Made by a program: the position numbers and the translations under genes. This document shows positions 1 through 10,600 of a DNA stretch of 64,000 nt, one piece after another (positions within the stretch are counted from its first letter, which is position 1; each line of letters starts with the position of its first letter). The notes below the pieces were generated by a model, which saw only the letters and a program-made list of their open reading frames with translations, had not been told where the DNA came from and made no database searches. The DNA is from Heterodontus francisci (taxonomy: Eukaryota). The stretch is taken from positions 4,999,492 to 5,063,491 of the forward strand of contig NC_090418.1 of assembly GCF_036365525.1 (NCBI RefSeq), given 5' to 3'.

Positions 1-943
1 GAAAAGCGCTTTGGGGCATTCCGAGGCCGTGAAAGGGGCTGTAGAAATGCAAGCTCTTTTACCGACAGCTGGCTGAAATCACTCAGTGAAGACCAAAGCT
101 TGGAGTGGAACTTTCTGTTCTGGGTCCATGCCAATATCAGCATTTGCAATTATCCACTGGCCCTGGGGACAATTCCTGACATGCTGACACAGATCTGTTA
201 CCATACACAATGCTGTCCAGCAAGACCATTGCCATTTACTTAGTGTAATGCTGTCACTGATTTGGCAATTATAACTGTGCAGTAATACTGTGGAAAGGTC
301 ATTGGACGAGTAATCAAGAGTTCGTTCACTGCGGTGGTACTGAGAATTTTAGTGATGTAGTCTTTCCTTCTTTGTGAAGTACTGTTTTTATATATTTATC
401 AACATCACTTAAAGAAAATTATGTGGTTATTAGCACATTCCTGTATGTGGGAGCTTGCTGTGTGCAAATTGGCTGCCACATTTACTACATTGCAACAGTG
501 AATACATTTCAAAAATACTTCATTGGCTATAAGGTGCTTTGGGGTATCCTGAGATTGTGAAAGGTGGTATATAAATGAAAGTCTTTCTTATTTTTACAGA
601 ATTTGTTTACTGAATTATTTTCTCCTGAATGCTAGATAACCACTTATAGTTTTTTTTCTCTCTCCTTCCAGCACTGGCAGACTAGCCACCCATCCACCAA
701 TACCTCTGCCACCAGGTCACATACCTACCGGAAGGCAACCTGGGTTCATTCGAGGCATTTTAATTCCTGCCCTATCTGCCTTTCAGGTTAAAATCTTCAA
801 ATGCAGGATTTATAAAACACATCCAGAAAAAAACATACAATTCTTATTTCAAACATTAAAACGGACAAGGAGAAAAGCACAAGAAGGATAATTCAGCTAA
901 ATCCATCAGGCTTTTTTTTTAACCGATTGATGCTGAGTCTTAC

Positions 944-986
944 CTTCAAACACCAAGGAGAGAATCAGGAGAAGTGGCAGGGCCAT
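944..986 (-). CDS. CHRNE: First coding (signal peptide) exon of a muscle nicotinic acetylcholine receptor subunit, Torpedo-gamma-like (epsilon/gamma)
   Basis: Minus strand reads CACCATGG (ideal Kozak), MALPLLLILSLVFE plus 1 nt, then GAAG|GTAAGA donor (43 nt, phase 1). Aligns without gaps to the recalled Torpedo gamma-subunit leader MVLTLLLIICLALE-V. A MEF2/E-box promoter lies upstream. CHRNE is preferred over CHRNG only because of linkage to TMEM95 (both human 17p13). Confidence 0.62.
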
Positions 987-1037
987 GGTGGTCAGTCACT
1001 GTCCTTTGTGAGTATGCTGCTCTGATTGCGAGGAGAG

Positions 1038-1188
1038 GCTATTTTTGGGTTACTGGGCAGTGCTGGGTTTCACCTCCCCTGTCGTCGAAGCCCCAGCTGT
1101 TGGATGGAACTCTAAAGGTTTCTGGGCCCGCCAGCTGGTGGATTAACGCTATCCGCTCTGGTAACTCTATCTGTCCAGGAAACAACTG
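1038..1188 (-). promoter_or_regulatory. Skeletal-muscle-type proximal promoter: MEF2-like site plus E-boxes
   Basis: GCTATTTTTGG at 1038-1048 (MEF2-like); CAGCTG at 1094-1099 (AACAGCTG on minus) and 1132-1137; CAACTG at 1183-1188; all 50-200 bp upstream of the AChR ATG. Confidence 0.55.
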
Positions 1189-1319
1189 GCCGTGGCCTCC
1201 CGTGGAAAGCAGTGGAACCAGAAGAGTGAGTTTACTCTTTGCCTGGCTCGCCGCAGCTACAGTGGTCCAACAGCCCCGAGAGCTTCCCTATCCATTTCAC
1301 CTCCGGTACAATTTTAAAG

Positions 1320-2030
1320 GGGTTTCAGGAACTGAGAGAACTTGGGGTTCACGTACACAGATTATTGAATGTGGTAGAGCACATCGATGAGACTGTTTAA
1401 AAAGCAAAGTGGATCCTGGGCTTTATTAATAGTGGCAGAGAGAACAAAAGCGAGGAAGTTATGTTAAACCTTTATGAAACACTGGTTAGGCTTCAACTGG
1501 AATATTGTGTCCCGTTCTGGGCACCACACTTTAGGAAGGATGTCAAGTCCTTGGAGAGAGTGCAGAAGAGATTTACCAGGATGGTACCAGGGATGAGGAC
1601 AGATTTAAGATAATTGCCCAAACAAAGTGAAGGAAACTAGGATTTTTTTTTCAGAGCAAATTGTTGTGATCTGGAACGCGGCGGAGAGGCACTGACAGAG
1701 GTTCCGTCTTTCAGGTGAGATGTGAAACTGATGAAAAGTAGGGGATTCTCCTTGGTGTGCTGTCCAGTATTTATCCCTCAATCAAAATCACCAAAAAACA
1801 GTTTATCTGGACATTATCTCTCTGTGGGAAGCAGATTCAAGTAAATTTCAAAAGGAAATTGGATAAATACTTGAAGGGGGAAAAATAGAAACACAGAAAG
1901 ATTTATGGCAGAGAAGGAGGTGATTCAGCTCATCGTGTCCGTGCCAGAAATAGGGACAGTGGGACTAATTTGGTTGCTCTTTAAAGAGGAGGCAAAGACA
2001 CGATGAGTTGATTGGCTTCCTTCTGTGCTG
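1320..2030 (+). mobile_element. Degenerate CR1 LINE 3' fragment interrupted by a SINE piece (1702-1829)
   Basis: CR1 ORF2 C-terminal signature (ctggaatattgtgtcccgttctgggcaccacactttaggaaggatgtc...gtgcagaagagatttaccagg) and a CR1-type 3' end. Confidence 0.7.
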
Positions 2031-2044
2031 TGCAACTCGGCAGG

Positions 2045-2690
2045 TCCCACAGAGAGATAATGTCCAGATAAATTGTTTTTTAGTGATTTTGATTGAGGGA
2101 TAAATACTGGACAGCACACCAGGGAGAATCCCCTGCTTTTCATCAGTTTCACATCTCATCTGAAAGATGGAAGTACTGCCCCTCTGACAGTGCAGCGCTC
2201 CCTCAGTACTGCCCCTCCGACAGTGCAGCACTCCCTCAGTACTGCCCCTCTGACACTGCAGCACTCCCTCAGTACTGACCCTCCAACAGTGCAGCACTCC
2301 CTCAATACTGCCCCTCTGACAGTGCAGCACTCCCTCAGTACTGCCCCTCTGACAGTGCAGCGCTCCCTCAGTACTGCCCCTCTGACAGTGCAGCACTCCC
2401 TCAGTACTGACCCTCCAACAGTGCAGCACTCTCTCAGTACTGCCCCTCTGCATGTGCAGCACTCCCTCAGTACCGACCCTCCAACAGTGCAGCACTCCCT
2501 CAGTACTGACCCTCCGACAGTGCAGCACTCCCTCAGTACTGACCCTCCGACAGTGCAGCAATCCTTCGGTACTGGCGCTGGGAGTGTCAGACTAGATTTT
2601 GTGCTGAAGTCTCTGGAGTGGAATCTGAACCCACGGCCTTCTGACTCAGAGGTTCGAAATGGCTCTCCACTGAGCCACAACTATGGTACT
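2045..2690 (-). mobile_element. Deu-domain SINE (SacSINE1/AmnSINE1-like) with an internal tandem expansion
   Basis: tRNA-like head near 2600-2690 and Deu-domain core (cagtactgagggagtgctgcactgtc...tctttcagatgag). Confidence 0.7.
2173..2560. repeat. 33-bp tandem repeat (about 11-12 copies) derived from the SINE core
   Basis: Unit cagtgcagcactccctcagtactgcccctctga; source of the repetitive ORFs 1965..2705. Confidence 0.9.
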
Positions 2691-3539
2691 CAGCCTGTAA
2701 ATTAGAAGGAGCCGTGTTCATTTCCCAGACTGTGCTGAGTCGGCTATCGCGTACGGGACGACAATTGCTACAGTGGCCTCCATGTTTGGGAGAGGAAAAT
2801 TCAACCAAGGTTCCCAACAATGCTAGAGAGCGTGCACGTGTGTGTAAACACTGGGTGAGTACAAGGTTGGGCTTGCCTAAGGTAACTATATAGCTTCACA
2901 ACACTCATAGTCAAGGCAACACGCAGAGATCGGGAGCTTGAAATTCTGCCACTTCCCTGAGGAAGCTAACCTTTTCACTCTTTCTGTGCCACAGGACCAT
3001 CTTGTGGCAATGGTGAGATACTGCAGCATCAAAATTAAATCTTAGGAAGTAGTTAACAACAAAAACTTGCATTTATGTAGCGCCTTTAGCAGAGTTAAAA
3101 ACATGTCAAGACTCTGCACAGGATCATTAAAATCATAGAGTCACACAGCACAGAAGGAAGTCCATTGGCCGCTGTCTGGCAGAGCTGTCTAATTAATCCT
3201 ACTCACCTGCTCTTGCCCCATCGCCCTGTAAATTTTTTACCGTCAAATATATATCTAATTCTGTTTGAATGTTACAATTGAATCTGCTTCCACTGCCCTT
3301 TCAGTCCAGAATTGGACATATTGCTCCAGCTGAGGTCTAACAAGTGCTTTATAAAGGTTTAGCATACCTTTGTTGCTTTTGTACTTTATCAATAAAGGAT
3401 CCCACATGCTTTTTTCACAGAATTCTCAACTTAGCCTACACTTTCAAAAATTTGTGCATACACACCTCCCAGGTCTCTCTGTTCTTGCACTCCCTTTAAA
3501 ATTGTACCATTTAGTTCATATCAAAATTAGACACTGAGA

Positions 3540-3965
3540 TATTAGGTCAGGTGACCAAAAGCTTGGTCAGGCGCATCCTAAAGAAGGAGAGAGAGGCAGA
3601 GAGGTTCAGAGAGGCAATTCCAGAGCTTCAGGCCTCGGCAGCTGATGGCGTGGCTGCCAATGATGGGGCGATGAAGATTGGGGATGCACAAGAGGCCAGA
3701 GTAGGAGCAGCGCAGAGACCTCGGAGGGTTGTAAGGTTATGGAGATAGGGAGGGGGCGAGGCCATGGAGGTATTTGAACACAAGGATGAGAATTTTAAAA
3801 TCGAGGTGTTGCCAGACTGGGAGCCAATGTGAGCAGAGGGACGAATGGGACTTTGTGTAAGTTAGGATACAGGCAGCAGAGTTTTTGCACGAGCTGAAGT
3901 TTACTGAGGGTGGAAAGTGGGTGGTCAAGCAGGAGACCATTGGAATAGTGCAATCTAGAAGTGAG
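3540..3965 (-). mobile_element. L2-clade LINE 3' fragment
   Basis: Translation HWLPVWQHLDFKILILVFKYLHGLAP, typical of the L2 ORF2 C-terminus. Confidence 0.7.
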
Positions 3966-4266
3966 AAAACAATCGAGTTTCTTTCCATTCCTACCCAAAT
4001 TGGCTGCTGCGTTTCCTAAATTACAACAGTGACTACAGTTCAGAAGTACTTTGTTGGCTGTAAAGTGCTTTGGGACATCCTGAGATTGTGCAGGTACTAT
4101 ATAAACACAAGACTTTTCTTCCTCATAAACCCAAAATCGCCCTTCAATCCCCCGAGGGTAGCAGGAGCCACTACTCTAACTCTCCATAGCGCATCCCCTC
4201 TCAATAGTCACACCCCCACTCTATATATCAAATAAACACTGCCAGTAAACATATTGTATCATTTCA

Positions 4267-4272
4267 TTTATT
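4267..4272 (-). terminator. Polyadenylation signal of TMEM95
   Basis: AATAAA on the minus strand about 315 nt after the stop codon, at the end of a non-repetitive 3' UTR. Confidence 0.6.
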
Positions 4273-4585
4273 GTGGAGTTTGAAGATTACAGTCAGTACA
4301 CGATAAGATGAGCAGAGGCATATTATCAGGCAATAGCAGATCTACGGCCACGTGCTCTTCACAATATCGATAATGTAATAACCTCTTGCTCGAGTTCCAC
4401 AACTGACCTGTGAATTGAGCCTAGATTCAAACAAGTCTAACGTTCCTACGAGTGTACTACGTGATTTAACAACAGTGAATTGGGATTTATTCAACGGAAC
4501 AGCATCGTAACCTGTTCGTATGTTGCACTTTTACGTTGCCACTTGATTCTGAGGCGCACAGCCTGTGTGTCTAAAACTCAGCCCT

Positions 4586-4628
4586 CTATCCATCCTCTTC
4601 ATCTGCCTGATCTCGTAACTTCCTTGAT
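4586..4628 (-). CDS. TMEM95: TMEM95 exon 7 (cytoplasmic tail, stop)
   Basis: ctcaacag| acceptor, phase 2, (E)SRKLRDQADEEDG*; followed by 3' UTR and AATAAA. Confidence 0.75.
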
Positions 4629-7600
4629 CTGTTGAGATAATTTTAGTAAAAATGGGAAGTTTATTATGAAACAAAGGAAAAACCTTGTGGGTGCTGGAAA
4701 TCTGAAATAAAAATATAAATGATGGAAAACACTGAGTGGGTCAGGCAGCAGCTGTGGAGAGAGAGAAATAGAGTTAACGTGGCAGGCTAATGACATTTGT
4801 CAGAAAGAAAGACTTGCATTTCTATAGCACCTTTCACAATCTCAATACGTCCCACAGTGCCTTACAGCCAGTGAAGCACTTTATTGAAGTGTAGTCACTG
4901 TTGTAATGTAGGAAACTTGGCAGCCATTTTGTGCACAGCAAGATCCCACAAACAGCAATGTCATAATGACCAGATAATCTGTTTTTAGTGATGTTGGTTG
5001 AGGGATAAATATTGGCCCCAGGACACTGGGGAGAACTCCCCTGCTCCTCCTTGAATAATGCCTTGGGATATTTTATGTTCACCTGAGAGGGCAGACTGAG
5101 CCCAAGTTTAATGTCTCATCCAAAAAGCAGTACCTCTGACAGTGTAGCATTCCCTCAGTGCTGTACTGGGATTATCAGCTTGGATTGTGCACTCAAGTCT
5201 CTGTTGCGGCACTTGACCCCATAACTTTCTGATTCGGAGGTGAGAATGTTACCTGTTGAGCCAAGGATGATACTAGAGATGATTAGTTTTTAAGTAGAGA
5301 GCCAGGGAAAAATTTGGAGGTGGGGCAAGAAAATAACAAAAAGGGGAAGGACTGTGATGTGATGGAGGACAGGAGGTTTACTATCTCACAGTGACTGCTC
5401 CCAGACTACAGTCAGCCTTTGAGCTGTGCTCCACACTCCTTTAAAAGATGAGACTGGTCGATGCATTAGCAAAGGGTTTGGATTGGAACTCACTTTCAAA
5501 TATATTGAGATTTATGCCAGAGTTAAATTCCCTTAAATGTGAAACACGGGACTGTTAAATACAGAGAAGTTTCAAGGACTCTGATGGGCTGTAAATGTTT
5601 TATGAGAGTAATTATTTTTCATTTCTTTTTCTATCAACATGAATCTTTTGTGCTCAAGGGGAACAGTGCTAGTGGTGGAAATTGAAAAAACATTCCCAGG
5701 ACAGGTACAGCACGGGGTTAGATACAGAGTAAAGCTCCCTCTACACTGTCCCATCAAACACTCCCAGGACAGGTACAGCACGGGGTTAGATACAGAGTAA
5801 ATCTCCCTCTACACTGTCCCCATCAAACACTCCCAGGACAGGTACAGCACGGGGTTAGATACAGAGTAAAGCTCCCTCTACACTGTCCCCATCAAACATT
5901 CCCAGGACAGATACAGCACAGGTTAGATACAGAGTAAAGCTCCCTCTACACTGTCCCCATCAAACATTCCCAGAACAGGGACAGCACGGGGTTAGATACA
6001 GAGTAAAGCTCCCTCTACATTGTCCCCATCAAAAAAAAAAACGGGGTTAGATACAGAGTAAAGCTCCCTCTACACTGTCCCATCAAACATTCCCAGAACA
6101 GATACAACACAGGTTAGATACAGAGTAAAGCTCCCTCTACACTGTCCCCATCAAACATTCCCAGAACAGGGACAGCACGGGGTTAGATACAGAGTAAAGC
6201 TCCCTCTACATTGGCCCCATCAAAAAAAAAAACGGGGTTAGATACAGAGTAAAGCTCCCTCTACACTGTCCCATCAAACATTCCCAGAACAGATACAACA
6301 CAGGTTAGATACAGAGTAAAGCTTCTTTTACACTGTCCCATCAAACATTCCCAGAACAGATGTTATATACAGAGTAAAAGCTCCCTGTACACTCTGCCCC
6401 AACCTTAGAGGAGCACCTCTATTCCACCAGCCTGACAGCCTTCCATGTCCCGCATCACCAGTACTGAAATGTTTGTGCCCATGAACAGTAAGGACTGAAT
6501 TGAGACTGGCTAAACTGATTCACATAGTACTGTTACAGCACTGGCCTACAATGTGCCTCCTGTCCCACTCTCAACCTGGTTGACTCTTAACCGCCCTCTG
6601 GGGTGGGCCAAGCAAAACACTCAATTGCATAAAATTGCTACCAGGAGTGTAAGAAGAAGCCCACTACCTTCTCAAGATAAACTAAGGGATGGGCAATAAA
6701 TGCCATCCTTGCCGGCGACAATAGCAACAATTCAGATTTATATAGCGCCTCTATATAGCCCAAGGGGCTTCAAAGGAACGTTATAAAACAAAATTTGATA
6801 CTGAGCTACATAAGGAGATATTAGGACAGGTGACCAAAAGCTTTGGTCAAAGAGGTCGGTTTTAAGAAGCGTCTGAAAGGAGGAGAGAGAGATAGAGAGG
6901 TTTAGGGAGAGAATTCCAGAGCTTAGGGCCCAGGCAACTGAAGGCACAGCCGACAATCATGCAGCGATTAAAATTGGGGTGCTCGTGAGGCCAGAATTGG
7001 AAGTGCTCAGTGATCTTGCAGACTTGTGGGCTGGAGAAGTTTACAGAGATAAGGAGAGGCAACGTCATGGGGGGATTTGAAAACAAGGATGGGATGAGCA
7101 TCTGAGAGATTTTTTTTTTAACTTACAGCATCCCAACTATTGGTTAAAATCAGTTAATTCAGCGCAGGCTGTGGATTGAACCTAGAGCCTTCCCAGTTTG
7201 TAGTGACAGTTTTAATTCACCTTCAAGAGGGCTGTGGATTTATTTGTGTCTGACCTCTTTGTCCCCTCCCTCATTTTTGTTGGGTTTAATCTGAACATGT
7301 TGTATATTATAGAGAGAAATGATTCAGAGGCAGTTAATCATAGATTGATTTAAGGGGAAGCTAGATAAACACACGAGAAAGGAATAGGAGGTTTTGTTGG
7401 AGGGTGAGATGAAGAGGAAGGTGGGAGGAGGCTCATGTAACACCAGCACAGACCAGTTGGGCTGAATGGCCTGTTTCTGCAAATTCTAGGTAATGCTATG
7501 GTAATCTTTTATTAACTTACTCGAAAATAAGCGTAATGCAACCAATCAAAATCGAACCTGTTGACAGACCGATAATCAGATAAATGGATTCATTCAGATC

Positions 7601-10600
7601 TAACCAGTCTGTTGAAAGAACAAGATGAATTATTAGAATCTTACAGCACAGATGGAGGTCGTTCGACCCATCTTGCCTGTGAAAGCTTTGAAAGAGCCTA
7701 TCCGATTAGTCCCATTCCCCCTGCCCACTCCCAGTAGCCCTGAGGCAAAGCATCTTGAGTACCTTGGCCTATTCGACTATTTGAGGTGGTGGGGGGAAAG
7801 GGGTTTGCAGGTATGGCCAATCCACCATATGCAGTGTTGGGTGGCAGGGAGCCCAGATGGTTAGCCTGAGGGCATTGAAACCTTCATTTCTGCCCGAACA
7901 CTACCGTAGCGCCTCCTATCCCGCGGCCTTCCCGCCATGAGCCTCCGATCTGCAATTCCAACCTAAGGAGTGATCATGTGGGTGGACCCGGGAGGGGGTG
8001 GGAGTCGGGGGTGTATCAATAGCTCTTCCATCAGGCGAACCCATCGGGAGATGGATCCTGGGCTAGAAGGTGAGTTTAGGTTTCTTTGTGCATCAGGGAT
8101 GCTCTTCCAGGCCTTGGGCAGCCATTGTATCAGGCCTCCCCCTCCTTCTCAGACCCTGCTCAGAACCATCTCCCCTATCCCGATACCTTCTGATAGTCTT
8201 CTCCACCCCCCAATCCCTTCTGATAGTCTTCTCCACCCCCCCAATCACTTCTGATAGTCTTCTCCATCCCCCCAATCCCTTCTGATAGTCTTCTCCGCCC
8301 CCCCAATCCCTTCTGATAGTCTTCTCCACCCCCCCAATCACTTCCGATAGTCTTCTCCACCCCCCCAATCCCTTCTGATAGTCTTCTCCGCCCCCCCAAT
8401 CACTTCCGATATTCTTCTCCATCCCCCCAATCCCTTCTGATAGTCTTCTCCACCCCCCCTAATCACTTCCGATAGTCTTCTCCACCCCCCAATCCCTTCT
8501 GATAGTCTTCTCCACCCCCCCAATCACTTCCGATAGTCTTCTCCACCCCCCAATCCCTTCTGATAGTCTTCTCCACCCCCCCAATCACTTCCGATAGTCT
8601 TCTCCATCCCCCCAATCCCTTCTGATAGTCTTCTCCACCCCCCCCAATCCCTTCCGATAGTCTTCTCCACCCCCCAATCCCTTCTGATAGTCTTCTCCAC
8701 CCCCCAATCACTTCCGATAGTCTTCTCCATCCCCCAATCCCTTCTGATAGTCTTCTCCACCCCCCCCCCAATCCCTTCCGATAGTCTTCTCCACCCCCCA
8801 ATCCCTTCTGATAGTCTTCTCCACCCCCCAATCACTTCCGATAGTCTTCTCCATCCCCCAATCCCTTCTGATAGTCTTCTCCACCCCCCCAATCACTTCC
8901 GATAGTCTTCTCCATCCCCCCAATCCCTTCTGATAGTCTTCTCCACCCCTCAATCACTTCCGATAGTCTTCTCCATCCCCCCAATCCCTTCTGATAGTCT
9001 TCTCCACCCCCCAATCACTTCTGATAGTCTTCTCCACCCCCAATCCCTTCCGATAGTCTTCTCCACCCCTCCAATCCCTTCCGATAGGCTTCTCCACCCC
9101 CCCAATACCTTCCGATAGTCTTCTCCACCCCTCCAATCACTTCCGATAGGCTTCTCCACCCCCAATCACTTCCGATAGGCTTCTCCACCCCCAATCCCTT
9201 CTGATAGTCTTCTCCACCCCCAATCCCTTCTGATAGTCTTCTCCATCCCGAATCCCTTCTGATAGTCTTCTCCACCCCCAATCCCTTCCGATAGTCTTCT
9301 CCACCCCCCAAATCCCTTCTGACAGTCTTCGCCACCCCCAATCCCTTCCGATAGTCTTCTCCACCCCCAATCCCTTCTGATAGTCTTCTCCACCCCCAAT
9401 CCCTTCCGATAGTCTTCTCCACCCCCAATCCCTTCCGATAGTCTTCTCCACCCCCCAATCCCTTCCGATAGTCTTCTCCACCCCCAATCCCTTCTGATAG
9501 TCTTCTCCACCCCCAATCCCTTCCGATAGTCTTCTCCACCCCCAATCCCTTCCGATAGTCTTCTCCACCCCCCAATCCCTTCCGATAGTCTTCTCCACCC
9601 CCAATCCCTTCCGATAGTCTTCTCCACCCCCAATCCCTTCCGATAGTCTTCTCCACCCCCCAATCCCTTCCGATAGTCTTCTCCACCCCCCAATCCCTTC
9701 CGATAGTCTTCTCCACCCCCAATCCCTTCCGATAGTCTTCTCCACCCCCCAATCCCTTCCGATAGTCTTCTCCACCCCCAATCCCTTCCGATAGTCTTCT
9801 CCACCCCCCAAATCCCTTCTGACAGTCTTCGCCGCCCCCAATCCCTTCCGATAGTCTTCTCCACCCCCAATCCCTTCTGATAGTCTTCTCCACCCCCCCA
9901 ATCCCTTCCGATAGTCTTCTCCACCCCCAATCCCTTCTGATAGTCTTCTCCACCCCCCAATCCCTTCCGATAATCTTCTCCACCCCCAATCCCTTCTGAC
10001 AGTCTTCTCCACCCCCAATCCCTTCCGATAGTCTTCTCCACCCCAATCCCTTCCGATAGTCTTCTCCACCCCAATCCCTTCCGATAGTCTTCTTCACCCC
10101 CAATCCCTTCCGATAGTCTTCTTCACCCCCCCATCCCTCAAAAAATCCCTTCTGATAGTCTTCTCCTTGCTCCAGATCATTCCAAAAGCTTCTCTTTCAC
10201 CCACCACCATCCCCTCCCCCACACCTCCCAACCTGGCTGGCATCCTTCCATCTGCAAAAGATGATGGACAGGCAGCAAACAATCCATTTAGGTGGGGTGT
10301 CTTCGCCTGGTGCACATTTTCTGATGGCCGTGAAGACCAATCCTTGAGAGGCAGGTTGTCACAAGTGCCACATGTGAAGCTGCCAAGTGACGTTTTTAAT
10401 GTTGACGCCTGTTGCCAAGCTGCTGAAGCTACTGGTTACCACAGTAGTGCATACCAGTCCACAGGATGTGTTGCCATTTCCCTCTTTCGCCAGCTAGTGT
10501 CTCCTAGATGCGATACTCGACATTTAGGGCCTTCATGTCACGCTTGCAAGCTTCCTTGAAGCGGAGCTTGGGTACTCCACTGGTCGTCTGGACCTGGCTA

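Noticed and set aside
974-1390. 138-aa plus-strand ORF
   Set aside because: GTG start, no recognisable homology, antisense to the AChR leader exon and promoter, and runs into CR1.
1965-2705. Cys/His-rich repeat ORFs resembling zinc-finger or keratin-associated proteins
   Set aside because: 33-bp SINE-derived tandem repeat open on both strands.
4599-4796. ORF ending IKEVTRSGR as the TMEM95 C-terminus
   Set aside because: Wrong frame: exon 6 ends in phase 2, which gives ESRKLRDQADEEDG.
8093-10103. Trp/Gly/Arg repeat ORFs; superficially CRISPR-like array
   Set aside because: Minisatellite with no unique spacers, in vertebrate DNA; all three frames give the same repeats.
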